Source: Botryllus schlosseri (Eukaryota). From it: a DNA stretch of 64,000 nucleotides. The notes beneath the pieces were generated by a model that worked only from the letters and a program-made list of their open reading frames with translations, was not told where the DNA came from and did not search any database. The translations under genes were made by a program, and so were the position numbers. The first letter of the stretch is position 1. Every line of letters starts with the position of its first letter. The stretch spans positions 4,464,001 to 4,528,000 of the forward strand of contig CM119383.1 in assembly GCA_051294905.1 (NCBI GenBank), written 5' to 3'. Shown here in pieces: positions 12,301 to 24,943 of this stretch.

Positions 12301-15300
12301 AATAATGAAAACCAAGAATATACTACTCAAGGAATCCGGTTTAGACACTATATGATGCTGTTCTGCTGGAAATCATTCATTTCGATGAGCTACTAACGTG
12401 CTAACAGCTATTAGGAGTAATTCTTACCAGCCCTTGAACCATGTCCGTCCTTTGCTGCCTCATATCAACGACAGTGTCGTAAACGTTCACTTTCTGCTCG
12501 GATTCCAATTGCTCTATCAGAATATCCAGCCCAATGAGCGTCCCGGTCCTTCCCACGCCAGCACTGGGGTACAATTATAGATATGTAGCCTACTTCATTC
12601 CTATAGTATATATTCAATGGAAATGCATTGGGTATAGCTTAAAATAGGCTATAGCACGATAGCAAAATGCTCCAAGATGTCTTGGATTTACCTGCAGTGA
12701 ATGAGAATTGGAGAATCTGAATCTTTCGAACACGAGTCCAACATCTTTTCGTAAAGGCGGTATATAGACGATGTAGTCTTCGGCACTCCGTGATCAGGCC
12801 ATTTTTTACATTGTAAATGCACTATGGTGCGAACCTGTTAAATTTTCCAAACTGATAAGTAACTTATAATGAAACCTGTGTGATCGAATAAGGCACTTAC
12901 GCAAATTCGGTAATGCAACATGACATAGTATCTTCTTCATATGAGTGTGAGATATTGTGTTCTGCAGACTTATTTCTACGGTAGGACCTTCGCTTGACTA
13001 TACAAACTTACGGGACGAGGGAGTTATTTATATAGATAGGCTATGTGCATTACTACACGCATTGTGTGATTGGCTGAAGATCAAACCAGGGGTAAAGCTG
13101 AACATAGCATTCATCAATCTCGGAACATCAACGCCAGCATATTTGTATTGTGAAATAAATCGGACTATGTCCCACTAATGTTATAGTTAATGTAACGCAG
13201 TTACCATGCAAGTTGGGAAAAGTGCCAATAACAAATCATTATGTCAGGTTCACAGCAGTAGATGGAAGGAAATATAAGATCACGTCCCGCACGTCACGCC
13301 GTAAATGCGACAAACGCGAAGCATTTTCGTGAAACCTCATAATATATTTTCTTCATTCGAGAAAATGGTGGAACTATACTCAATATTTTCTTGGAACAGT
13401 CACTGGTATGAGTGACATTTGCAATATGGAATTATTCACTCATGCTTGATCCGGAATTATTGGTACCGTGACACATATTCATTATTCACAGCGGGTAAAT
13501 GATGGAATCACCTCTGCTATGTAATACCCAATACCATTAAATAAATCTCAATATCCGTGCCAGCCGATAGTATACCTCTTTATCATCATCTCCTTCGTCT
13601 GTTTCCTCATTTTCGAAGACCTCTTCCTCCTCGTAACGTATTTCTAGGCTTCGCAGCGTGTAATCGCCGTACGAGGACGCAGTTTTGAATTGAACAAATA
13701 TTTTTCCGTATTGGTCGCCGCCGCTTTCCGGAAAGTACGGCTCGCATTTTACCTTGATGAAGACGGAGGAAAATCAGCCACGCAATTCCACAGACACCAA
13801 CCGTAATACAGCACAACCAGAGATGGTCAAAGTGGCCAGCATAACACGGGAGGAAGTTAACAGAACAATGAAACAGCTTGGATATGAAAAAGAAGCCACC
13901 AACGGGAAAGGAAACTAAAATCTATACAAAGACGTAATCAGGAAAAAACACAGCAGAGAGATAAGCGAAATGGAAGGCCTTAACTGGAACAACATACACC
14001 ACAATGCTCAAAACCAACGACAGACTCCGTGCAGCAGCACACCACTGATAACAGGGAGTGCGAACTATGTGGAAAGCATACAGAAACAAATCTCCACTTA
14101 TTCATACAATGCGAAAAAACGGAAAGAGTGCTGAAAAGAACATTGGACGGATGGAGTAAGACCACCGGCAAAGGTGCATCGATAAAAGACTACCGAACAA
14201 TAATCTAACCCGGCGCAAAACATGGCTGAAAACCAAGAGGCAGCTCTTGTCAAAACGTTCATACCCACAAACAGGCGGTATGGAGGGCCAGAAATAAGGC
14301 AAAATACGAAAGAACGAGAATTGAAGAAAATTGGATAACCAACTCAATAAGACAAAGGCTGAGCATGAGAAGAAAGCTCCAGGAGGAAGACGAGCTGGAA
14401 GATATCTTAGAAAACAGCCTAAAAGAGATATGAAATCATATACCCCTGCGATTCGGAACTAAAAATGAGAAAAGAGGAAAATAAAGAACCCGCGCAAGCC
14501 TAAACTCAACGCCGCGTACATAAAAAGTGGGAAGTAATCACAGAAGTTAAAGTGGTCAAGATAGCTACTTAAGTATACAAGTACAACTAACGCATCAAAT
14601 TTCCAAGTATTTGTTACTTTTCAGAAGGTTTCAAAGGTAAGTGGTTTTTCGGCAATAAACTGTCAGGTAAAAGTGGAAATAGCCTGCATACATAACCTCT
14701 CGAGTAACTATAGTGCAAATGGGCATAGCTTGAGTCACCATAATACAAATGGGCAAAACCTACTTGAGTACTCCAAAAAGGTAGACTACCTTGTTGCTGA
14801 CCACTGCAGAGTACAACGACATGGTATAGTGATAGTCAGTATCGTATATTGAAACACCTACCAGCGGGATCATATGCCAAAACGATATTACCTTTCCGTT
14901 CTCCCTAAAATCCGTAACCATAACAATAACTTCCACGCCATCCTCCCAAACCATCCTCCAAAAGTCATTCACAGTGGCAGGTTTTGGTCCCTGAGTGGCA
15001 ATAAACTTCCGCTTTCTCGAATAACCCTAAGAATGAAAATAGTCATCGTTTTGCTAAACAGCATAGTAATGCAAGATAGCATTGAATCGGAAGCTGCCAT
15101 TACACAGCGCATGCGCATAATGTTATTATATAAGTCGCGCATTGTTGATTGAAGATCGTCCATTTCCTTGTCGCTAGCTAATCAACCAACGTCATTTCAA
15201 TCTACTCACATCAATATATGAAGCGTTGATGTAGTCGGAAAATGGATCGTCGTCAATTCGCTGCAAAACCACCCTTGATTTATCAGCTGGAATTAATACA

Positions 15301-18196
15301 GGACAAATTAATTTTAGTTTTATCAAGGTTATTCATCGGCAGTTACAGTTGCTACTGTTGAGAAATGTGACCCGAAAAATGTACGAGATGAATCTTGAAA
15401 GCGCGTGTGTGTGCCGATTCCTACATTCAACAAGTCCTAAGACATCTCGACGCTTGAAATTTGATATTACAAGGCAAATGAATGGTACAGCTTGCACTTC
15501 CGCTGTAGGCGTGCAGCACCGGCAGCAGACCGAGTATGTGAAGAATTATAGTTGTAACCAATTTCAGTCGCAGGCGCTAAATACTCGATTCGGAGTGTTG
15601 AAAGAATTACAATGAAAAAATATGAGGAATGATCACACGCAGGATATATTTTACAGAGTTAACTGAACGTTAATAGATCGCACTGAACTGTTGCCAATCT
15701 TTTATATTGGAACCTCACGAACTAAAATATCAGAAATTCCCACTCTTATCGTACCAGATTTGCGCTCTACTGGATTGTGATGTACTTCGTTTAATTCAAC
15801 GCGCTGTATAGTGAGGATTAGCGTAAAATGTTCGGTTGTCTTTTCATGGTAACGTCACCACCCCCTCCACCTCTCACCCCCCGTTTTGTCACTATACGTA
15901 GTGCAAAATTCGAACTCATAATAATCGTATCCGCTTTGATACGATGTACAGCACGCAGTCGGTCATATCAATATTGAGTAATTCCAAACGTGACGCATCA
16001 TCAGGACTTTCCGAAATTTGAATTTGTCACACCATCAGATCAGCGCGGGACTGACATTTGATGGATCTCGGCCAAACTTTGTCTGCTGTGTGACATTTGG
16101 TGATGCAGATTTTCTTCGTAGCTATTGCGGTAATATATTCGTTCGAGTGCGCCCAACGGCAGCTCAGGCGCTGTCTAATATTTGTTAGAATTGTTGACAA
16201 GAATTGACAAGAGTGTTTACTGTATAGTTACGAAATATATTTGTAGTCGAAGGATAGGAGAAAATCATGCTCACAATAAAGCTCTAATGTGATATTGCCG
16301 TGGGTTCGGTTAACGAGTTTGCTATTACAATTAAAGTTGGGCAAAAAATCGAATTATTTTCACGGACCCCTGAAAATGGCTCATGGCCCACAGGTTGGGA
16401 ATCCCTGCTCTAACAATCGATTCTCACTACACGACTCGAATCATTACGATTGATTTTCAACTCGGATACGAGTACTCAACACTAACCACAGTGGTGGTGA
16501 CAGTTACGTAAATACAGATCTATCCTCAAGGTAATTCATCGTAATGAAATTCTCACAAGTTACGATGTTTTTATATCTGTTCTTCTCTCGATTTTGCGGT
16601 AATTTTGCATATTCGCTCGACGGCGGGCGCTTGGATACATATGCAGTCAGGTCCTGTAATGTAATAAACCTTGGTAAAGATCTGATCGTACATACACTGG
16701 AACATCGATCTATTCAATGGCCATAACATCCAAAGGTGGTCAGCAAAAAAGTACTTCTTCTTGTTCGGAGTACGCAATAGGTTTTACCCAATTGCACTAC
16801 CTACTCAAATAATTATGTTTTAGACTGCGTTGACTCAGACTTTAACAGTTTTAAGTGGAAATACTTGCTTATTACACTAACAATTTAGAAATTAGTTTTG
16901 GATTGTACTTACATCACCTTGATGTGTGAAATATTCCACAAACTGGACGAAATTACCCTTGCATCAAGGTTAATTGAATAAATTTTCGAATATTGCAGCT
17001 ATTATTTGTAGTGTCATTGTTCCGTGGACATGTGAGCATGCTACACAATAGCATACGATACTTTAGCATTGCACAATTGGGGATGCCAAACGTGAGGATG
17101 TGGGTAAAATTTGGGGTTAGGGCCGGGCATGATTTAGATTGAGGATTGGGTTAGGATTATTTGGGGCTAGGATACAAAGAATTGTTGATTTCGGGGTTGG
17201 GGTAAGCCATGAGGTTGTTAAACCACATGCTAAAGTGTCACATGCTGATATGTCGTTTTCATTGTTACGCATGCTCAATGCTCATATGTCGGGCAAGTGT
17301 GTCATTATTCGTTTTGCGTTGGTCGTTAAAATGCATTTGACAATTTTTGAAGTGAAAACCTTCAATTAACTGTCGAAAGTACGGGACGATTGGAATAAAG
17401 CTCCATTTCAAAGTACTTACTTAAGTATATATCATACCTACATTTTCTACTTGATGTAGTTTTGACATGTCTCGTAAATAGGCTACTTGTACTTGTACGT
17501 TCGGAGAAATTTATGACGTTACTTCTTCTTGAGTACTAGCCCAATCTACATTTTACAATAGTTTACCGAAGTTTTATATGTCAAGTATTTGCATATTAAA
17601 TTTCCCCCTCAGTGCCGAGAATATAGATTCGGAAAACACCCTGAATTGCTGGAATGTGCGTTACCTTCATTTCCTCGCGGAACAATCTGTCTTCGTCCGC
17701 GTGTTTCGTTGTGTAGACCTCTTTGAGATCCTCGATGGGAATCGACAAATCCGGTTTCTCTTCTTCGGGTTCGCACGTTTCTTCTGCATCGCTTTCGTCG
17801 CTGCTGGCTGCCTGCGGAATGTCGCTCACGGTCTCGGAGTCGACCTCGGTCCCTTCGTTGATGCTGTTCTCAAAGCTTTGGCAGGATGCCGAAGGTTGTA
17901 TATCTGTAAAAGTAAACGAAAGCCCGGTGTCTTTACAGCGTTAAGACCAAGAAAGGTGGAATTCGTGATCATTGAGAGCACCTGTTTTACATTCTTATCA
18001 GTCAGACTTATGAAATACGTCCCGCCCACTAAAAGTGCGTGAGCACCAGAGGTATATCACTTTTGTGGTGCCATTAGTGCAGCACAGTAGCTCACCTCCG
18101 TTTGACTCGGCTGCCGCGTCGGATGTCACAACCGCATCTTCAGTCCGAGCATCGTATTTCTCGTCTTTGCTCCTATCCTTCTTTTTGCGGAATCGC
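6356..18196 (-). CDS. Tandem-domain receptor-type protein tyrosine phosphatase: intracellular region (juxtamembrane, D1, D2); 5' exons not located
   Basis: 16 phase-consistent GT-AG exons: 18196-18096, 17903-17665, 16653-16557, 15286-15210, 15026-14892, 13752-13576, 12834-12692, 12563-12428, 11870-11767, 11438-11302, 11237-11161, 10068-9934, 9207-9073, 8553-8378, 7269-7134, 6430-6356 (TGA). D1 motifs: KNRY, DYINAS, IATQGP, DFWRMVW, WPDHGVP, HCSAGVGRTG, QYV. D2 motifs: KNRDSKVIP, YANAS, DFWRMV, YWP, HCSDGSGITG, QYEFC. Confidence 0.95.
6541..6794 (+). mobile_element. tRNA-derived SINE (family A) in the last PTP intron
   Basis: A-box tagcgcagtggta, (AAAC)n tail, direct repeat aacccttgaaa on both sides (6530-6540 and 6795-6805). 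Homologous copies at 10315-10580 and 63951-64000. Confidence 0.85.
10216..10760 (+). mobile_element. tRNA-derived SINE (family B), interrupted by a family A SINE
   Basis: Segments 10216-10314 and 10581-10760 are collinear with the uninterrupted copy at 61464-61700. Confidence 0.75.
10315..10580 (-). mobile_element. SINE family A, nested insertion
   Basis: Reverse-complement match to 6541-6794; flanked by ggtatatatggctt / ggtatctatggctt (13/14). Confidence 0.82.
10915..11105. mobile_element. Two short Penelope-like terminal-repeat fragments in inverted orientation
   Basis: Both halves match the repeat at 46792-46920 and 52228-52355; the hammerhead core is mutated in one half and truncated in the other. 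Confidence 0.7.
13790..14520 (+). mobile_element. 5'-truncated L1/Tx1-clade LINE, ORF2 C-terminal region, antisense in a PTP intron
   Basis: Plus-strand translation with stops: TMLKTNDRL..RECELCGKHTETNLHLFIQC (zf-RVT-type CCHC knuckle) and KQAVWRARNK. A-rich sense strand. Boundaries approximate. Confidence 0.72.
17101..17210 (+). repeat. Degenerate TTAGGG-like G-rich tract
   Basis: ttggggttagggcc...ttgggttagg...ttggggctagg...ttggggtaag; imperfect telomere-like units. Confidence 0.5.
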
Positions 18197-19437
18197 CTAG
18201 TAATGCAAGGTATCGGATTGCAGATATTTTCTGCCTTTTCATGATCCAGTCAAGCCGCTATTGGCGGGGACAACACATTCGGCGGATAAACGAAATCGGT
18301 ACCGATAGGAAAACTGTCGCTAATCGCTTATCAAATCACTAATCCTGCGACATAATTATGTTTTACTCACAGTCTTAAAATACCAAAATTTAGGAACTGT
18401 TCCCCACATTCAACGTCACAGCAAATCCGAAAATGACGCACTCTATTTTATTTAAACTTGATGTTTCCTGAGGTTTATTTCGAAGAGCGTATTCTCGATT
18501 AAGTGTTGTATGGCCCAGTACGGCCAGTAAGCATACCCGTTCTTTATTTCCACTTGCGTTACAAGTTAGAGCTTCCGATGATATATCATTATAGCCTACT
18601 ACGAACGCTTGCAGACGCTATGCCATTTTAACCGGCAGCAGCAAACGCTAATTTCTATGTTTGAACCGGTGTAGTATAGGTTAAACGAGCTCCGGATGCA
18701 ATGATAAGTCAATACCGGGCTTCGCGTTGGCCTAGTTTGTGCTGAACGAACACAGTCGCGTGGGCCTATAACCTTAGCACAGTAGCTGCGTTATACTAAG
18801 CATGCTACAGCATTTCCATGTGGTCACTAGTGCATAATTAAGTTTTATCTAACAGGTCCAATATCCATAGACACATAGAAACAGCTTACAAAGATTCTGT
18901 TATCTGCAACTAAACAGTGTAACAGCTCAAGCAGTTAGAAATGTCTACTTTACCAAAACTTGAACGTACTTTATTTTCGCCAGTTGCTTCAGCATCGCCG
19001 CATTGATATCGGAGATTGATATAATTCCTATATCCTAAATAAGCTATTAAAAATATAGCATTTTGATGACATTGACAGAGTACGGTAGTGCCACTCTAGT
19101 TTCGATTGGTGGCTGAGCTAATGATTGTGATCAGCGCAGCACTATTGTTGTTATCCTTGTGACGAAATTTGAGTACAATGATACCGAGCTAAGGCTATTC
19201 CATCAAGTTTCCTGGTGACAAACTGAAAGAAACTACAAATTATTGAAACCAACAATATAAGACGCTGATATGATGTATAAATTCGCGAGTCGCTAACCAA
19301 AATAGTCGTCGATGCGTGTTGCCACTACGATTTTGGACTGTATTGTATATGCTTCACCGTTCAAGAACAAATTAAGGCGTAATGCGTTTGCAGCAGGATA
19401 TGGGGTAACTGATGATTGCAGACTGTAGAGTGTAGAG

Positions 19438-20871
19438 CAGTGGTTCTCAACCTTTTTGGCTTCGCGGACCCCTTTTGACCGCCACGGACCCTCGCGGACC
19501 CCCTCAAGTTTTAGTACCATTTTAGCTCTATTATGGTGCAACCTTCATCTGTCTTGTGCAAATTTGAACTGTAGGCTTGTGATAAACAGCAAAATATTGA
19601 TTTTTCTTGAAGATAACATCATACTATTTATGTAGAAATTGGTGGACTTTTGTTATTTCAAAGCTAATTTTGCTGCTGTATTTCTTGAAGTACGTGGTCG
19701 TGTCTTGAAAATCCGCGTCTTCGTTTTGATATGAACGAGGAGTGCCGAAAACCATTTCCACAAAGGTAGATGGAAGCTAATGCAATATTAACGCATAACG
19801 CTTCCGATGATACTTTTGGTGTGATCGCAACATATATGGCACCGCAATGAAGAAACACATATTTTATGAACATATCACGTCCAGCATCTAGCGCAGGGAC
19901 GGGCAACATACGGACCGCTGGCCGGATTCGGCCTGCAACGACATTTTGATCGGGCCTCAGAGAGTTTCTACCGTCAAAGTGAAATGCTAATCTAGACGTA
20001 TAGACAAATTTTATGCACCAAAGAATGGATCCATGTTTCCAACCAGAGAAAGACTGCCATGAAACGATTTTTTCTGTTCGGATTTACATATATATTTACG
20101 AGCAAACATTTTCGACCAAGAACAATTGAACATTAGCAAGACAAGGCTGCATACCAATATAACTGGTGATATGAATTTCAGGGTTGGAGCGTAATGCTTT
20201 GATAGCAACGAAACACTCCTTGTTCATCAAAAAATCAGCCTTGTCGATAGGGCATCCGCAATAAGAATGCTCAAAATCTGATAGCCGAGCTTTAAGAGTA
20301 TAGGTATATCATTGTCCGATTTATGACGAGTGTCAGCCGAAAATATTCGGGTTCATTTCAATATGCATATACTATTCAATTGTATATTAAAGTTCTGTAC
20401 CTCCAAGAAGCTTTTCCCTGCATTGGGTCAAATTATGGAAATACTTCGGAAATTTTTATTTCAAACGACTGTTCACTAATTTGATGAGACTGCTAACTTC
20501 AAATCGAAAAGGTTTCGCAGACATTACGAAGTCACCCTGATTGACGTTACTATCTCCATATTTGTATTTTTTCCACAAACCCCAACAAAACATCTCTAAA
20601 CAGCAATTTGTTTGTATCAGCAGGTTATTGGAAAATTGGCAATGAAAATGAGTTTCCACACTACGTCAGTCCATGTCAGACGATTATTATGGTGATATGA
20701 GTCATGAGGTTTTAGCAGTTGTGGTGCGAAACTACCTCATGTTTTCTCAAATTGAAAAATAAAATAAAAATTAGGTTATCAACCATTTTAAAAATTTAGA
20801 GGTCTCGCGGACCCCCTGAAATTGCTTCGCGGACCCCCAGGGGTTCGCGGACCCCCGGTTGAGAACCGCTG
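19438..20871. mobile_element. Non-autonomous hAT (Buster/Charlie-type) element with nested insertions
   Basis: TIR cagtggttctcaacc / ggttgagaaccgctg; perfect TSD gtgtagag; subterminal gcggacccc repeats. Contains a second hAT end near 19893 and a Penelope fragment. Confidence 0.9.
20165..20410 (-). mobile_element. Penelope-like element fragment (RT-proximal ORF piece plus inverted terminal repeat)
   Basis: Minus-strand LKARLSDFEHSYCGCPIDKADFLMNKECFVAIKALRSNPEIHIT resembles the region just before the PLE DKG motif (recalled). It abuts a plus-strand copy (20320-20410) of the terminal repeat seen at 46.8-47.6 kb. Confidence 0.75.
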
Positions 20872-22944
20872 GTGTAGAGCCTTGATCAAAATGATCATTC
20901 TGCAATTCTATCTCGTACAACGGCCAAATGAACCATATCCTCAATGTTATGTATGACTTGCCCGGTCTTTGCATCACTCAATGCACAAAAATGTCATATA
21001 TACATAACCTTCACGTCTTAACCTTCGATACCATGTATATAGATTGCATAAAAAATCTCCGCTGCTGATGTATTGCCTCAAAAAATTATTCATTTCACGT
21101 CACAATATAATTTAATATTTGAGATCTACCATTGTTCTCAGTAAGATCTAACGCAGTTGCGCGCACGGGTATCTGCACGCCACTCATAGACGACACCGTA
21201 TTGATTAGTCTTTGATGTGGTGGCAAGTCAATTTACAGAAATATGTTATTAGCTTTCAGTTGCTTTCAGTATTTCTGTTTATCTGTTGTGGCTGTCGGTG
21301 AATCCACTGATGTGTTACCGACTTCTAACAGCCTGGCAAACTTATACGGCATGTAAACACCAAGAATGCATTCGTCCGGGTGTGCACGACACTGCCAAAC
21401 GTTGGGCGGAAATGATGCACAAGAGTAGCATATCGAACAAGCATTAATGTTATTTCATCAGTAACCGTGCATCGATCAGCTGTATATGAAAGTTGATCTG
21501 AATAAATGACGGTAATCGATATCACAGTTCCTACACTATACCATACTGTAGGTTACACCGTAACAGTGCACCTTTTTGCCTTCTACCAAATGAAGCATTG
21601 AAAATATAAGGTTTACTCTACAGTCTGCACCGGCGTTAAAAATGACTTCATGCCACGAAATCTCAATTGATGATCACAATCCATGCCGTAACATCAGTTT
21701 ACTATCGCATCTATGTAAGTAGAATACAGCACAGTGGTGTATGGCGTTTGCACCAGGAAATTCGTATAACTTCTTCATAAGTGTGGTAGCCGGTAGGTGT
21801 GGTGAGATGCAGTATTGCAAATTTAACAGCAGACAACCAATACAATATGTAGCTAAATCACCAATAAGATATATCGCAGTGATTCGATTGCTGTACGTAA
21901 TTCAGTTATTACTGTGACCGAAAGGATGTTTTGTTGTCCAGCTTTACCATAACTGTCTGTTCTAGTCAAGCAGTAAACATTCGTGACTAAACCTTTGGCT
22001 GCGCGAGCAACATAGAATACTCCTTGCTCACACAGTTCCTACCACACGATATTGGGTATAGCAACCTCTGTCGCCCAACTGTGGCTTGTTGATTAACTGC
22101 CTGTACAAAACTAATCATCGTTTGGAAGTCAATATTCTCGGCTAAAGACAACGGCGTCATTTCGCAAGGTTATTCACAGAAGCAATTTCCAAATCTACAA
22201 AGCGGTACGAAAGAATTTCTCATCGCGCTAACGCAGCGAAAAGAAAAGTGCGCCGGACGTATAGCTGAAGAAAATACACGCGGTGCGCATGGTGTCACAT
22301 GTGCGGGAAATGATGGCTATTGATTTTTTACCTTGCCGCATTATATGTTCAGGAACTTGGAATAAGTTAGCTGAATATCTGTGGCGCTGTCACTCACTTA
22401 TATCGATTTAGATTTGAAGTGTGCTGGGTTTCTTACGAAGGAAAATAGCGTGTTATGAGGAGAATAAATTGGCATTAGGCACCAAGATAATAATTTATTC
22501 TAGTATAAATGATAACCCTGGACGAACGATTATATGCCAATGCACGCAATGAGTTTACATCGAATTTATGAATTGGTAACAATGACAGAATACTCCACTG
22601 TCTTTAACTATAAATTGATTGCTACTCAGCTGGTGCCATCGATTCAATCAATTACAGAGCTATACACCTTTTGCACTGTGCGCTCACGCTTACCGCCAAT
22701 TTCAACACTGCGTCGCGAATGTGCAAGTAGCTCCTCTAATGTTTATTTAGTAGGCCTACACTCATAGTCATATGCAATATCTTTCAGCTGTACTAGGTAA
22801 AGCGAATATCAGAGAATGCAAAATCGTTCGTTTCCATGTTTCTTAAACCGAATTCTAAGGATTTGCGATGGTGGCCAATTGCCGATCCCAAATCGCCTGC
22901 AGTTGTGCGACTGGACGCTTGTTGCACATGGAGTACATTAATAC

Positions 22945-23893
22945 TAGGGATGGTGTGAACGTGAGGTTCACGTTCTCAAACGAACCTTCATAGGTTCTGC
23001 ACTGTGAACCGTTTTCATATATAACAATTTTTACTTCATTAAAGCATCTTTGATTGAAATTTATTGCATTCAACAGCGGGCCTCTCAATGCATGGCGCTG
23101 GCAGCGGAAATAAAAATCAACACCAAACGAGCATGCACCTTGACAATCTCAAATATTTTACTTGATTTCTTGCAAAATCTTGCTCGAAATATCCAGATTT
23201 CCGTTTGTGAATATTTAGTGAATCTCTGCTGTGAGCTTGACCCGCACTCACACAACATGAAGAGCAAAATACACTACATGTATAGGTAGTCAGCGAATGA
23301 TGCTTATTCGACCAAGCAAGGAAATTGATATCGTTGTCTCGGGTAAAAAAATCTAGCAGGGGTCAATTTTGACTTCATATGTTTATTGTATCATAAAAGC
23401 CAAATCCGCGCGATTGGCATGTTGGCTACTGCTGTATAACTTGTTAATGGGGTAATATCGGTAACAAGTATAGAAAGAAACCCGTTTACACTCTGCTCAA
23501 TATCAACATACTCAGACGCCGAATACATTGTCCGGTCTGGCCTAGACCGTTGAGGCGTAAGCTTATATTCCCTTGCAAATCCTCGTCAAAATTGTCGGCA
23601 AAGCGGCGGAATATAGTGATTTTATGGGATTATTATATCGTTTGATGGCCCCAGTTGATACATTTGGCGACGTTTAAAACGTCAATATGTACTTCAGCAT
23701 TGTGGCATTATGTGGCCTGAGTCGTCGCTAAGTATCGTGCACATTAATATACGCTATTACTTCACTGAAATATAGGATTGGAATTAGCGCAATGACGTCA
23801 CGTGACGTCATGAAGTTCGCGTTCACACAGAACTTTTCAAAAAGGTTCGCGTTCGCACGAACCTGAACCTTTCGCAGGTTCACACCATCCCTA
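22945..23893. mobile_element. hAT non-autonomous element, copy 1 (TAGGGATGGTGTGAAC TIR)
   Basis: Perfect 16-bp TIR; perfect TSD attaatac. Confidence 0.92.
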
Positions 23894-23950
23894 ATTAATA
23901 CAACATCGATACGGGTTTGCGACCTTGTGCATTGTAAAACAGGTATATAT

Positions 23951-24943
23951 TAGGGATGGTGTGAACCTCTGAAAGGTTCAGGTTCGTGTGAACGCGAACC
24001 TTTTTGAAAGGTTCTGTGTGAACACGAACGTGAACCTCGTGACGTCAGGTGACGTCATATTGCTAATTCCAACCCTATCCTTCAATGAAGTGATAGCCTA
24101 TGCCCTATATTAATGTACACAATACATCGCGAAGATTCGGTCCACATAATGCCACAATGCTGAAGTACATATCGGCGTTTTAAACGTCGCTAAATGTATC
24201 AACCGCGGCAATCAAAGGATATAATAATTGCATAAAATCAGTACATTCCGTCGCTTTGCCAACAATTTTGACGAGGATTTACCAAGGAATACAAGCTTAC
24301 GCCTTAACGGTCTTAGCCAGCCGGACAATGTGTTCGGAGTCTGAGTATTGCTACATTGATATTGAGCAGAGTGTACAACGGGTTTCTATACTCGCTACCG
24401 ATACCACAAGCAACAACAAGTTATGCAGCATTAGCAAGCACCTTAATCGCACGGATTTAGTTTTAATGATACAGTAAAGATATGAAGGTAAGATTGACCC
24501 CGTACGACCGTTCGATTTTTTACATCATAAGACGATATCAATGTCATTGATTGGTTGAATAAGCATCATTCGCTGACTACGTATATCGCTCGTGATGTTG
24601 TGTTATTGCGGGTCAAGCTCACAGCAGAGAGTCACTAAATATTCACAAACGGAAAGCTGGATATTCCGAGAAAATTTTTGCAACAAAGCAAGTAAAACTT
24701 TTAAGGTTGTCGAGATGCATGGTGTGTTGATTTTTTATGCTGCCAGCACCATGCATGGAGTGGCCCGCAGTTGAAATGCAATAAATTTGAGCCAAAGATC
24801 TTATAATCGAGTGAAAATTACAATTTACCAAAAGGTTCACAGTGCAGAACCTATACCAAGGTTCTGTTGTGAATGCGAACTTCTAAATTCCCGAGGTTCA
24901 CACACAGAACGCGAACGTGAACCTCACGTTCACACCATCCCTA
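23951..24943. mobile_element. hAT non-autonomous element, copy 2, inverted relative to copy 1
   Basis: Same 16-bp TIR; perfect TSD gtatatat; body is a diverged reverse complement of copy 1. Confidence 0.92.

Noticed and set aside
20011-20208. Hydrophobic ORF as a candidate PTP transmembrane exon
   Set aside because: It lies inside a hAT element and overlaps the Penelope fragment in another frame; no fitting splice sites.
21300-22330. Possible degenerate LINE endonuclease remnant on the minus strand
   Set aside because: Only scattered weak motifs among many stops; cannot be supported without a search.
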